NCBI GenBank assembly: GCA_037130015.1
Contig: JBAXTU010000001.1
Coordinates: 5,153-69,152, forward strand
Reading direction: 5' to 3'
Length of the DNA: 64,000 nucleotides
From: a bacterium
GTDB taxonomy: Bacteria > Patescibacteriota > Patescibacteriia > 2-01-FULL-39-33
In this document: positions 20,157 through 27,929 of the stretch, piece after piece
How the letters are laid out: each line of letters starts with the position of its first letter
How positions within the stretch are numbered: the first letter of the stretch is position 1
Made by a program: the position numbers and the translations under genes
Notes under the pieces: model-generated
Database searches by the model: none
What the model was told of the DNA's origin: nothing
What the model saw: only the letters and a program-made list of their open reading frames with translations

Positions 20157-20828
20157 ATGGCTGATAGAAAAGCGACAAAAAAAACTCCATCTGTACAAAT
20201 GTATTTGAATATTGCTGAAATCAGGGATAATGCTATAATTTTAAAAGAGGGCTCGCTCAGAGCGGTGCTTTTGGTGTCTAGTATTAATTTTGCTCTCAAA
20301 GCCGAAGACGAACAAAATGCCATTATTTCAGGTTATATAAGTTTTTTGAATTCTCTTGATACTCCGTTGCAAATTTTGGTTCAATCTCGTGTTTTGGATT
20401 TGGATACTTATTTGGATAGTATTAAATCGGCTGAAGAAAAACAAACCAATGAACTATTAAAATTACAAACAGCAGAATATCGGCGTTATATAAGTGATTT
20501 AGTGTCGTTGGGAGATATTATGACTAAACGTTTTTATGTGGTGGTGCCTTATAATATTCTTTCCAATAAAAAAAGAAGCTTTACTAAGCGTATTGGTGAT
20601 ATTATTTCTCCAACTAGTGTTATTAATCTAAGTCAAAAACAATTTGCCAAAGAACACAAAGAACTTTTTATGATTGTTGATAAGGTTTTGTCGGGCTTGT
20701 CCAGCATGGGACTTCGCGCTTCTATTCTTGATACTCAGGCTTTGATTGAATTGTTTTATAATACTTATAACCCCACGGTTTCCCGCCGTGAAAAATTAAG
20801 CGATTTGTCAAAATTAAATTTAGAATAA
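20157..20828 (+). CDS. VirB4/TrbE/CagE N-terminal domain encoded as a separate ORF
   Basis: YLNIAEIRDNAIILKEGSLRAVLLVSSINFALKAEDEQNAIISGYISFLNSLDTPLQILVQSRV matches the VirB4 N-terminal (CagE_TrbE_VirB) domain pattern. Ends 7 nt before the ATPase ORF, which is in a different frame. Confidence 0.5.
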   Translation: MADRKATKKTPSVQMYLNIAEIRDNAIILKEGSLRAVLLVSSINFALKAEDEQNAIISGYISFLNSLDTPLQILVQSRVLDLDTYLDSIKSAEEKQTNELLKLQTAEYRRYISDLVSLGDIMTKRFYVVVPYNILSNKKRSFTKRIGDIISPTSVINLSQKQFAKEHKELFMIVDKVLSGLSSMGLRASILDTQALIELFYNTYNPTVSRREKLSDLSKLNLE

Positions 20829-20835
20829 TTATTTT

Positions 20836-22848
20836 ATGTTTGATCCTAATGAAATAAATAACACATCACCTGGCGCTCAGCCGTATATTCGTCCGGAGGA
20901 TCAGGTCAAAGTCACTTTGGAACAAAAGAAGCAATTAGAGCGCAATGAATCGTCTAATACCAAAGAAGTTTTAGAGGAAGAATTAATTTATCGCCGAGGT
21001 ATTGTTTCGGTGCGTGATTTGATTTCTCCGTCTTCTTTGGAAATCACTAGTTCTTATATTCATTTGGATGATAAATATGTGCGTACACTTTTTATAGTGG
21101 AATATCCGCGTTATATTTCGGTTGGTTGGTTTGCGCCAATTATTAATATGGATATTACAGCTGACATGTCTTTTTTCTTTTATCCCGTCAAGGCTCCGGT
21201 GATTTTGAAACAATTAAAAAAGAAAGTCGGCAATGTAGAAGCTGATCTTATTAGTCGTGCCGAAAAAGGAGCGCCTAGAGATCCTTTGCTTGAAACCGCA
21301 CTTCGTGATATGGAAAAATTGCGTGATGATTTGACCCAGGGTATTGAACATTTTTTTCAGACAGGACTTTATATTACTGTTTATGCCAAATCAATAGAGG
21401 ATTTGGATAGAAATTGTGATCGTGTAGAGAATTTTTTCGGTTCAACTTTGATATATTCCAAACGTGTTTTTTATCAAGCTGAACAAGGTTTCAATTCAAC
21501 TTTGCCTTTGGCTTTTGATGAGTTACAAATATTAATAAATGTGAATACTTCGCCGGCGGCCAGCTCGTTTCCGTTTGTTTCATCTGATTTGACATCTGAC
21601 CGTGGTATTTTGTATGGTATTAATCGCCATAATAATTCCTTGATTTTGTTTGATAGGTTTTCTATGCAAAACGCTAATATGGTGGTGTTTGCCACTTCCG
21701 GTGCTGGCAAATCTTATATTATTAAATTAGAAGTTTTGCGCAGTTTAATGTTAGGAGTAGATGTTATTATTATTGATCCTGAGCGTGAATATAAACATTT
21801 GTGCGATGCTGTGGGTGGTACTTATATTGATATTTCTCTTAATTCAGAAAGCAAGATTAATCCTTTTGATTTGCCTCGCGCCATGGGTGAAGATGCCAAG
21901 CCTGCCGATATTATCCGTAGTGCTGTTATTACTGTAAAAGGACTTATCCGTCTGATGATCGGCAATGTCACTTATGAAGAAGATTCTATTATTGATAGAG
22001 CGCTTTTGGAAACTTATGCCAAAAAAGATATTACGCCTGATGTTGATTTGACCAAAATTGAACCGCCAATTTTGTCTGATTTTCAAACTATTTTGGAAGG
22101 TATGGAAGGCGCGGAAAATATAGCACTTCGTCTAAAAAAATACACTGAAGGTACTTTTGCCGGGCTTATTAATAGTCCGACCAATGTGGAGATGGCTAAT
22201 CAGTTGGTTATTTTTAGTGTTCGTGATTTAGAAGATGAGCTTAAGCCGATTGCTATTTATACTATTGTTAATTACATTTGGAATGTGGTGCGCAGTGAAA
22301 TGAAAAAAAGAATTATGATTATTGATGAAGCTTGGTGGTTGATGCAAAGAGAAGATAGTGCTAAATTTATTTTTGCTCTTGTTAAAAGATGCAGAAAATA
22401 TTTTTTGGGAGTGACAACCATCACTCAAGATGTGAACGATTTTTTGACTTCACCTTATGGCCAGGCTATTGTTAATAATTCAGCTATGCAAGTGCTCTTA
22501 AAGCAAACGCCGGCAGCTGTGGGTTTGGTGCAAAAAACTTTCATGCTTACCGAAGGTGAAAAATATTTGTTATTAGAATCGTCTGTCGGAGAAGGCATCT
22601 TTTTTGCTGGTTCCAAGCATGCGGCCATTAAAGTAGTAGCGTCATATTCCGAAGACCAACTGATTACTTCTGATCCACGGCAACTTTTGGAAATTGAACA
22701 AGCCAAAAAAGAATTTGCTGAATCCATGAAAAATGAAGCAGAAGAACAGCCCGAAGAGGAGGCAGAAAAAAGTGAAGAAGAAAAGACTGATGAAACAAAA
22801 ACCGAAACACCAGCTGAGGCGGAAAAACAAACCGTCGCAAAAACATAA
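20836..22848 (+). CDS. virB4: VirB4-family T4SS ATPase (C-terminal ATPase portion)
   Basis: Walker A FATSGAGKSY and Walker B RIMIIDEAWWLM (the DEAW motif typical of VirB4/TraC). Length and order are right for the VirB4 C-terminal domain. Acidic C-terminal tail. Confidence 0.8.
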   Translation: MFDPNEINNTSPGAQPYIRPEDQVKVTLEQKKQLERNESSNTKEVLEEELIYRRGIVSVRDLISPSSLEITSSYIHLDDKYVRTLFIVEYPRYISVGWFAPIINMDITADMSFFFYPVKAPVILKQLKKKVGNVEADLISRAEKGAPRDPLLETALRDMEKLRDDLTQGIEHFFQTGLYITVYAKSIEDLDRNCDRVENFFGSTLIYSKRVFYQAEQGFNSTLPLAFDELQILINVNTSPAASSFPFVSSDLTSDRGILYGINRHNNSLILFDRFSMQNANMVVFATSGAGKSYIIKLEVLRSLMLGVDVIIIDPEREYKHLCDAVGGTYIDISLNSESKINPFDLPRAMGEDAKPADIIRSAVITVKGLIRLMIGNVTYEEDSIIDRALLETYAKKDITPDVDLTKIEPPILSDFQTILEGMEGAENIALRLKKYTEGTFAGLINSPTNVEMANQLVIFSVRDLEDELKPIAIYTIVNYIWNVVRSEMKKRIMIIDEAWWLMQREDSAKFIFALVKRCRKYFLGVTTITQDVNDFLTSPYGQAIVNNSAMQVLLKQTPAAVGLVQKTFMLTEGEKYLLLESSVGEGIFFAGSKHAAIKVVASYSEDQLITSDPRQLLEIEQAKKEFAESMKNEAEEQPEEEAEKSEEEKTDETKTETPAEAEKQTVAKT

Positions 22849-22868
22849 ATTAAATTAATTTATTTCTT

Positions 22869-23441
22869 ATGGACAATAGAAGAAGAAACATTATTATTGC
22901 TTTGGTGGTCGTATTTATTATTCTGATAGCCTTGATTTTATGGTTAATGTTGCGTAAGCCAGCTCCAGCGCCAGTGGTTTTACCTCCTGTTGTTGGTAGT
23001 ATTGATCTTGGTGCTGAATTAAATAATCAATTAAGCAATTTGCCATCTTCTTCGCCACAACGTTTGGCTCAGGAAAAGAATTATCCGCTTGGTTTGAAAC
23101 AATTGGCTTTTTCGTTTGCTGAACGACTAGGCACTTATTCCAGTGATGCTGGGCTTAACAATTTTATTGAACTTAGAAAAGATATGACGTCCAAGATGCA
23201 ATCCACGGCCAATCAAATGGCCGGAGCTGTGAAATTTTCTCCGAACACTTTTGAAAGTTTTGATACTAAAGCACTCAGTGCTAATTTGTTGCTTGTTGAT
23301 GCGGTGAGCGCTAAAGTGACAGTGAGTGTACAACAAAAACATACTATTGGCACCAGCACTTCAATGATTTATCCAAATTTGTCGCTTAGTTTTTTAAAGT
23401 CTGGTGATAAATGGCTAGTTGATACAGCGAAGTGGCAATAA
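22869..23441 (+). CDS. bitopic membrane protein (possible VirB8-like T4SS component)
   Basis: N-terminal TM (IIIALVVVFIILIALILWLML) with a roughly 150-aa extracytoplasmic domain. Lies between VirB4 and comFC and overlaps comFC by 10 nt. The VirB8 assignment rests on topology and position only. Confidence 0.3.
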   Translation: MDNRRRNIIIALVVVFIILIALILWLMLRKPAPAPVVLPPVVGSIDLGAELNNQLSNLPSSSPQRLAQEKNYPLGLKQLAFSFAERLGTYSSDAGLNNFIELRKDMTSKMQSTANQMAGAVKFSPNTFESFDTKALSANLLLVDAVSAKVTVSVQQKHTIGTSTSMIYPNLSLSFLKSGDKWLVDTAKWQ

Positions 23442-24136
23442 AAGAGTACAAAAGAATATTTTTAGATTTGTTATTTCCTATTTATTGTCTTGGTTGTAAA
23501 AAGGAAGAAAATTATTTATGTGATAATTGTCGTCAAACCCTAAAAATAAATGAAATATATTTTTGTCCTTTATGTGGTATTGAACAGTCTAACGCACGAG
23601 CATGTCTGACTTGCGAACAAAAATCATTTTTGGACGGTTTGTTGGTAGCGACTGATTTTAAACAGCCAATTGTTAATCAGGCCATTCATTTATTAAAATA
23701 TAATTTTGTCACTGAGTTGGTAGAAATTTTTGAAGAACCTTTGAAAAAATATTTGCAAAAAAATAAAGATTGGAATAGTGATTTTTTATTGTTGCCCGTA
23801 CCGCTTCATCCCAAGCGTCTGCGAGAAAGGGGATTTAATCAAGCTGAATTAATTTGTACTTTAATTAAAAAAATCAGTGGTAATGAATTAGCTCAGCCGT
23901 TGTTGCAAAAAATTCAATATACCAAACCGCAAGCCAAGGTGAGTCAGGCTCAAAATCGTTGGGCCAATATAAGTGGTAGTTTTGCTTATAATAATTTGGA
24001 ATTAACTATTGAAAAAATAAATATTATATTGGTTGATGATGTTTGCACTACTGGCGCCACCTTGCAAGAATGCGCCAAAATCTTAAAAAATAACGGTTGG
24101 AAAAACGTTTGGGGACTGACGCTGGCTAGGGGTTGA
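23432..24136 (+). CDS. comFC: ComF/ComFC-family competence protein (zinc-finger plus phosphoribosyltransferase domain)
   Basis: N-terminal Cys clusters CLGCKK..CDNCRQ and CPLCG..CLTCEQ. PRTase motif IILVDDVCTTGATL. About 230 aa. Confidence 0.8.
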   Translation: MAIKEYKRIFLDLLFPIYCLGCKKEENYLCDNCRQTLKINEIYFCPLCGIEQSNARACLTCEQKSFLDGLLVATDFKQPIVNQAIHLLKYNFVTELVEIFEEPLKKYLQKNKDWNSDFLLLPVPLHPKRLRERGFNQAELICTLIKKISGNELAQPLLQKIQYTKPQAKVSQAQNRWANISGSFAYNNLELTIEKINIILVDDVCTTGATLQECAKILKNNGWKNVWGLTLARG

Positions 24137-24178
24137 AAAAATGTTGGAAAGATGATAATATGTGGTAGAGGTTTACCT

Positions 24179-24268
24179 GGAGAGGTGGCTGAGTGGCTGA
24201 AAGCGACGGTTTGCTAAACCGTTGAGCGTCTTTTTGGCGCTCCGGGGGTTCGAATCCCCCCTTCTCCG
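24179..24268 (+). tRNA. tRNA-Ser (anticodon GCT)
   Basis: Cloverleaf folded by hand. Acceptor GGAGAGG/CTTCTCC, anticodon arm ACGGT-ttGCTaa-ACCGT, long variable arm GAGCG..CGCTC, T-arm GGGGG-TTCGAAT-CCCCC. No encoded CCA. Confidence 0.8.
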
Positions 24269-24282
24269 AAGATTTAAAATAG

Positions 24283-24369
24283 GGAGAGGTGGCAGAGCGG
24301 TTGAATGCGTCAGTCTTGAAAACTGAAGTCCCCTTAAAAGGACCGCGAGTTCGAATCTCGCCCTCTCCG
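24283..24369 (+). tRNA. tRNA-Ser (anticodon TGA)
   Basis: Acceptor GGAGAGG/CCTCTCC, anticodon arm TCAGT-ctTGAaa-ACTGA, long variable arm, T-arm GCGAG-TTCGAAT-CTCGC. Confidence 0.8.
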
Positions 24370-24415
24370 ATTGTAGATTATTTTAAATTAAAATTAAAAA
24401 GATATTTTTAAACCT

Positions 24416-24916
24416 ATGGAAGGTGACAAAAATCAAAACATGCAATTTGCCGAAGCTATTTTTGCTTGGCAATTTCCCGAGTACGAAAAATACCAAAAAA
24501 GTTTTTGGTGGTATGTAATCACATTGGTGGTTTTAATTTTTGCCGTTTGGTGGCTAATTTTGGATCAAAATTATGTTTTTGCCATTTTCTTGGTTTTATT
24601 TTATTTGTTAGTAATTTTTTATGATGTCAGACAGCAGGAGATAGTTGATTTTATTATCACGCCTGATGGTTTTATGTTCGGCAAGAGGTTTTATGAGTAT
24701 AGGGAAATTTCTGATTTTTTTATTATTTATCAGAATAATGGCATAAAAAATTTGTATTTTGATTTTAAAAATCCACTCAAGGGCAGATTGATTGTGCCAA
24801 TAGATGGACAAAACGCCGTGGCCGTACGTGAATATCTACTCAAGTATATGCATGAAAATTTGGAACGTGAAGCCGAACCATTATCCGAGATTTTTCGCAG
24901 ACTCTTGAAATTTTAA
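24416..24916 (+). CDS. hypothetical small membrane protein
   Basis: 166 aa with two hydrophobic helices. Sits between tRNA genes. No recognisable motif. Confidence 0.4.
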   Translation: MEGDKNQNMQFAEAIFAWQFPEYEKYQKSFWWYVITLVVLIFAVWWLILDQNYVFAIFLVLFYLLVIFYDVRQQEIVDFIITPDGFMFGKRFYEYREISDFFIIYQNNGIKNLYFDFKNPLKGRLIVPIDGQNAVAVREYLLKYMHENLEREAEPLSEIFRRLLKF

Positions 24917-24953
24917 TTGTTTTGTGTTATATTTTTGTTGTTTAGTATTGTCT

Positions 24954-25027
24954 GTCCTCGTAGCTTAGCTGGATAAAGCGTCAGCTTGCGGAGCTGAAGA
25001 TCGCAGGTTCAAATCCTGCCGGGGACA
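24954..25027 (+). tRNA. tRNA-Arg (anticodon reads GCG)
   Basis: 74 nt. Acceptor GTCCTCG/CGGGGAC, D-arm GCTT-AGCTGGATA-AAGC, anticodon arm TCAGC-ttGCGga-GCTGA, T-arm GCAGG-TTCAAAT-CCTGC. Confidence 0.7.
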
Positions 25028-25072
25028 CAAGAAAAAGTTAAAAGTAGAAAGTTTATAAAGTTCATAAAGTCC

Positions 25073-27136
25073 ATGTTGTCTTTGCAATCAAAAATTTCTG
25101 AAATCAACGGCATCGGCAAATCCAAGGCTAACAAATTTAAAAAACTTGAAATTGAGACCGTTCGCGATCTCATTTTTTATTATCCTTTTCGTTATGATGA
25201 TTTTAGTCAGCTAAAAAAAATTAGCGAGCTTAGTGTGGGGGATGTGGCTACAATTCGCGCCAAAGTGGAACTTATCGCGGCCAAGCGTAGTCCGCGTCAG
25301 CGAAAAATAATTACCGAAGCGCTCATTAGCGACGAGACTGATCAAATAAAAATAATTTGGTTTAATCAGCCATGGATTGCCAAGTCTATTCGTCCAGGAG
25401 ATGAATTATTTATTTCCGGCAAAGTGGCTGGTGATCTTTTTAATTTGTATTTTTCTTCGCCCAGCTATGAAAAAGTTTCGGCCCATAGTTTGCATACAGC
25501 TAGACTGGTGCCGATTTATTCGCTCACCCAAGGTCTCACTTCTAAGCAATTGCGATATATAATCGGATCGGCACTTGATTCGGTGGAGAAAGTAGAAGAT
25601 TGGTTGCCAACCGAGATAAAAAAAGAAAACAAATTGGCAGATTTAAAATTTGCTGTGCGTGCTGTTCATTTTCCGGAGAGCGCTGATGAGCTAGTTGTCG
25701 CTAGACGACGACTGGCTTGGGATGAATTATTTTTGGTGCAATTGTGGGCCCAGTTGATGCGTCGTGATTTAAAAAATAAACAGAGCAGAGTTATAAATTT
25801 TTTTGAAAATGAAACCAAAGATTTTGTAAAAAATTTAAAATTCACGCTCACTGTTGATCAAAAAAAAGTGGCTTGGGAAATTTTGAAAGACATTGGCAAG
25901 GCCGAACCAATGAATCGTTTGTTGGAAGGTGATGTGGGTAGTGGCAAGACCGTGGTAGCGACCATGTGTATGTATAATGCGGTTTTGAATAATTTTCAGT
26001 CAGCTCTTATGGCGCCAACGGAAATTTTGGCAACCCAGCATTTTAATAATTTATCAAAGCTATTTGATAATACTAATATTCGCCTGGGACTTGCCACTTC
26101 CAGCCAAAAAATTATTGGCCAAGAAAATTTATCAAAAAAAGATTTTTATAAAAAATGCGAGAACGGAGAAGTTGATATTATTATTGGCACTCATGCGCTT
26201 ATTCAAAAAGAAGTAAATTTTAAGGATTTGGCACTGGTTATTATTGATGAACAGCATCGTTTTGGCGTGGAGCAAAGGGAAGTTTTGAAAAGCAAAGGAG
26301 CGAAAAAAAATGTGCCTCATTTTTTGTCACTCACGGCCACGCCAATTCCACGATCACTAGCGCTCACTCTTTATGGGGATTTGGATTTGTCCATAATAAA
26401 ACAAATGCCCATGGGGCGAAAGCAAATTATTACGAGATTAATTCCACCAGATAAAAGAAGTTTGGCCTATGGTTTTATTCGTCAAGAAATAGCCAAAGGC
26501 AGGCAAGTTTTTGTGATTTGTCCACGCATTGATGCTGGTGATAAATTTGGTTCGGCTTCGGTCAAAGTTGAATTTGAAAAATTAAGCCAGGATATTTTTT
26601 CTGATTTATCAGTAGGACTGCTTCATGGTAAAATGAAATCAGTTGAAAAAGAAAAAGTGATGGCTGATTTTGCGCAAAATAAAATTTCTATTTTAGTGGC
26701 CACTTCTGTGGTAGAGGTTGGTGTGGATATTCCTAATGCCACCGTGATGATGATTGAAGGATCAGAAAGATTCGGCCTTTCTCAGTTGCACCAATTCCGC
26801 GGTCGGGTTGGCCGAGGCGAGGAACAAGCGTATTGTTTTTTGTTCAGTGAGTCAAATGATTTGCAAACATTGTCCCGTTTGTCAGCGCTGGTAAAATGCC
26901 ATGATGGTTTTGAATTGTCTCAGCTGGATTTGAAAAATCGCGGTAGTGGTCAGCTTTATGGTTATGACCAGTCTGGTTTTATGAATTTTAAAATTGCTGA
27001 TTTAAATGATTTAGAACTTATAAAACAAACTAAGCTATCAGCCGAAAAACTGGTCAGGCAGAATTCTGATTTGTCTGCTTGGCCGGCTTTAAATGAAAAA
27101 TTATTATCTTTGGAATTATCTACTCATGGCGAATAA
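25073..27136 (+). CDS. recG: ATP-dependent DNA helicase RecG
   Basis: Wedge/OB N-terminus. Helicase motifs GDVGSGKT, DEQHRFGV, TATPIPRSLA, QLHQFRGRVGRG. 687 aa. Confidence 0.9.
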   Translation: MLSLQSKISEINGIGKSKANKFKKLEIETVRDLIFYYPFRYDDFSQLKKISELSVGDVATIRAKVELIAAKRSPRQRKIITEALISDETDQIKIIWFNQPWIAKSIRPGDELFISGKVAGDLFNLYFSSPSYEKVSAHSLHTARLVPIYSLTQGLTSKQLRYIIGSALDSVEKVEDWLPTEIKKENKLADLKFAVRAVHFPESADELVVARRRLAWDELFLVQLWAQLMRRDLKNKQSRVINFFENETKDFVKNLKFTLTVDQKKVAWEILKDIGKAEPMNRLLEGDVGSGKTVVATMCMYNAVLNNFQSALMAPTEILATQHFNNLSKLFDNTNIRLGLATSSQKIIGQENLSKKDFYKKCENGEVDIIIGTHALIQKEVNFKDLALVIIDEQHRFGVEQREVLKSKGAKKNVPHFLSLTATPIPRSLALTLYGDLDLSIIKQMPMGRKQIITRLIPPDKRSLAYGFIRQEIAKGRQVFVICPRIDAGDKFGSASVKVEFEKLSQDIFSDLSVGLLHGKMKSVEKEKVMADFAQNKISILVATSVVEVGVDIPNATVMMIEGSERFGLSQLHQFRGRVGRGEEQAYCFLFSESNDLQTLSRLSALVKCHDGFELSQLDLKNRGSGQLYGYDQSGFMNFKIADLNDLELIKQTKLSAEKLVRQNSDLSAWPALNEKLLSLELSTHGE

Positions 27137-27143
27137 TTTTTTG

Positions 27144-27171
27144 TTGACTTTTTATTTTTTAGTGCTATAAT
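27144..27171 (+). promoter_or_regulatory. sigma70-like promoter: TTGACT, 16-nt spacer, TGcTATAAT
   Basis: -35 at 27144-27149. Extended -10 at 27163-27171. Upstream of the DksA/TraR-like ORF. Confidence 0.5.
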
Positions 27172-27285
27172 ATATTATTATCAAGTTCTTTAGGCCCTTT
27201 TTACGGCTTTGGCTGAGAAAGGAGGAGTATGACTGGATTATTTTGATGAGATGGAAATAAACCAATAGACAAAGGATGAAAGAAT

Positions 27286-27501
27286 ATGGTAGCCACTAAG
27301 ACAAGGCCAGAAACAACAAGAGTCAGACGCAGTAAAACGGAAGTGGTTTTTTGTGAGACGTGCGACAATCCAATTGATCCGCGACGGGTTGATTTTTTGC
27401 AAAAATCGCAAATATCAGTTGTTAACTGTGTCACTTGCCAACAGCAAGAAGAAATGGCTGGTGCCACCACCAGAAGGCATATTAGACGCTCTTTTGAATA
27501 A
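27286..27501 (+). CDS. DksA/TraR-family C4 zinc-finger protein
   Basis: CETCDNPI...VNCVTCQQQ is a four-Cys zinc ribbon in a 71-aa basic protein. AAGGA Shine-Dalgarno 12 nt upstream. Confidence 0.55.
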   Translation: MVATKTRPETTRVRRSKTEVVFCETCDNPIDPRRVDFLQKSQISVVNCVTCQQQEEMAGATTRRHIRRSFE

Positions 27502-27526
27502 AAAGCGTTAACATCTCAAAAAAAAC

Positions 27527-27562
27527 GAGCAGTGAACCAAGTGTCACTGCTCTTATTTTTTT
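27527..27562 (+). terminator. rho-independent terminator
   Basis: Stem GAGCAGTGA/TCACTGCTC followed by TTATTTTTTT. Confidence 0.65.
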
Positions 27563-27571
27563 GTTTAAGAC

Positions 27572-27599
27572 TTGACAAATAAAAAAAATAAGTTATAAT
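27572..27599 (+). promoter_or_regulatory. consensus sigma70 promoter: TTGACA, 16-nt spacer, TATAAT
   Basis: Perfect -35 (27572-27577) and -10 (27594-27599) hexamers with 16-nt spacing. Confidence 0.55.
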
Positions 27600-27675
27600 A
27601 GAGACAGTTAAACAAGAATAGTTCTTTAATCAGAGTCAATTTGACCGCAAAAATAAAAAAAGAAAGGAGGCGGTC

Positions 27676-27873
27676 ATGGAATTTTTTGACAGCTTTAACA
27701 ATGATCGCCAAGCCGTAGATGTCATTGAGGACATCGTGGACAAAGCCAAGGAGGGAGTGATTACTCCCAGAGAAGCCAGCAGATTAATTCTGCAAAAAGG
27801 TTATCTTGCCGAACCACCAAGGCTGGCATTAATTTTATCCTACAATAGGATAACAGACTTTTGTCCAAATTAA
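27676..27873 (+). CDS. hypothetical small acidic protein (65 aa)
   Basis: Strong Shine-Dalgarno AAAGGAGG 7 nt upstream. Consensus promoter upstream and terminator downstream. Confidence 0.5.
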   Translation: MEFFDSFNNDRQAVDVIEDIVDKAKEGVITPREASRLILQKGYLAEPPRLALILSYNRITDFCPN

Positions 27874-27890
27874 CTTGGTGTAACAACCCG

Positions 27891-27929
27891 CCCGTCATTC
27901 ACTATTGTGAAATGACGGGTTATTTTTTT
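27891..27929. terminator. bidirectional rho-independent terminator between convergent genes
   Basis: Imperfect 12-bp stem CCCGTCATTCAC/GTGAAATGACGGG with a T-run on the + strand and an A-run on the other side. Sits between the 27676 ORF (+) and radA (-). Confidence 0.6.

Noticed and set aside
24137-25072. Integrative conjugative element boundary at the tRNA-Ser genes
   Set aside because: No integrase, relaxase or direct repeat of a tRNA 3' end could be found in the window. Kept only as a low-interest note.
27225-27245. Five-codon mini-ORF (ATG ACT GGA TTA TTT TGA) after an AAAGGAGG in the dksA-like leader
   Set aside because: Too short to judge. It could be a leader peptide but there is no supporting attenuator structure, so it is not called.
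27201-27470. 89-aa minus-strand ORF opposite the DksA/TraR-like gene
   Set aside because: Antisense to an ORF with a clear Zn-ribbon motif and its own promoter and Shine-Dalgarno sequence. Likely spurious.
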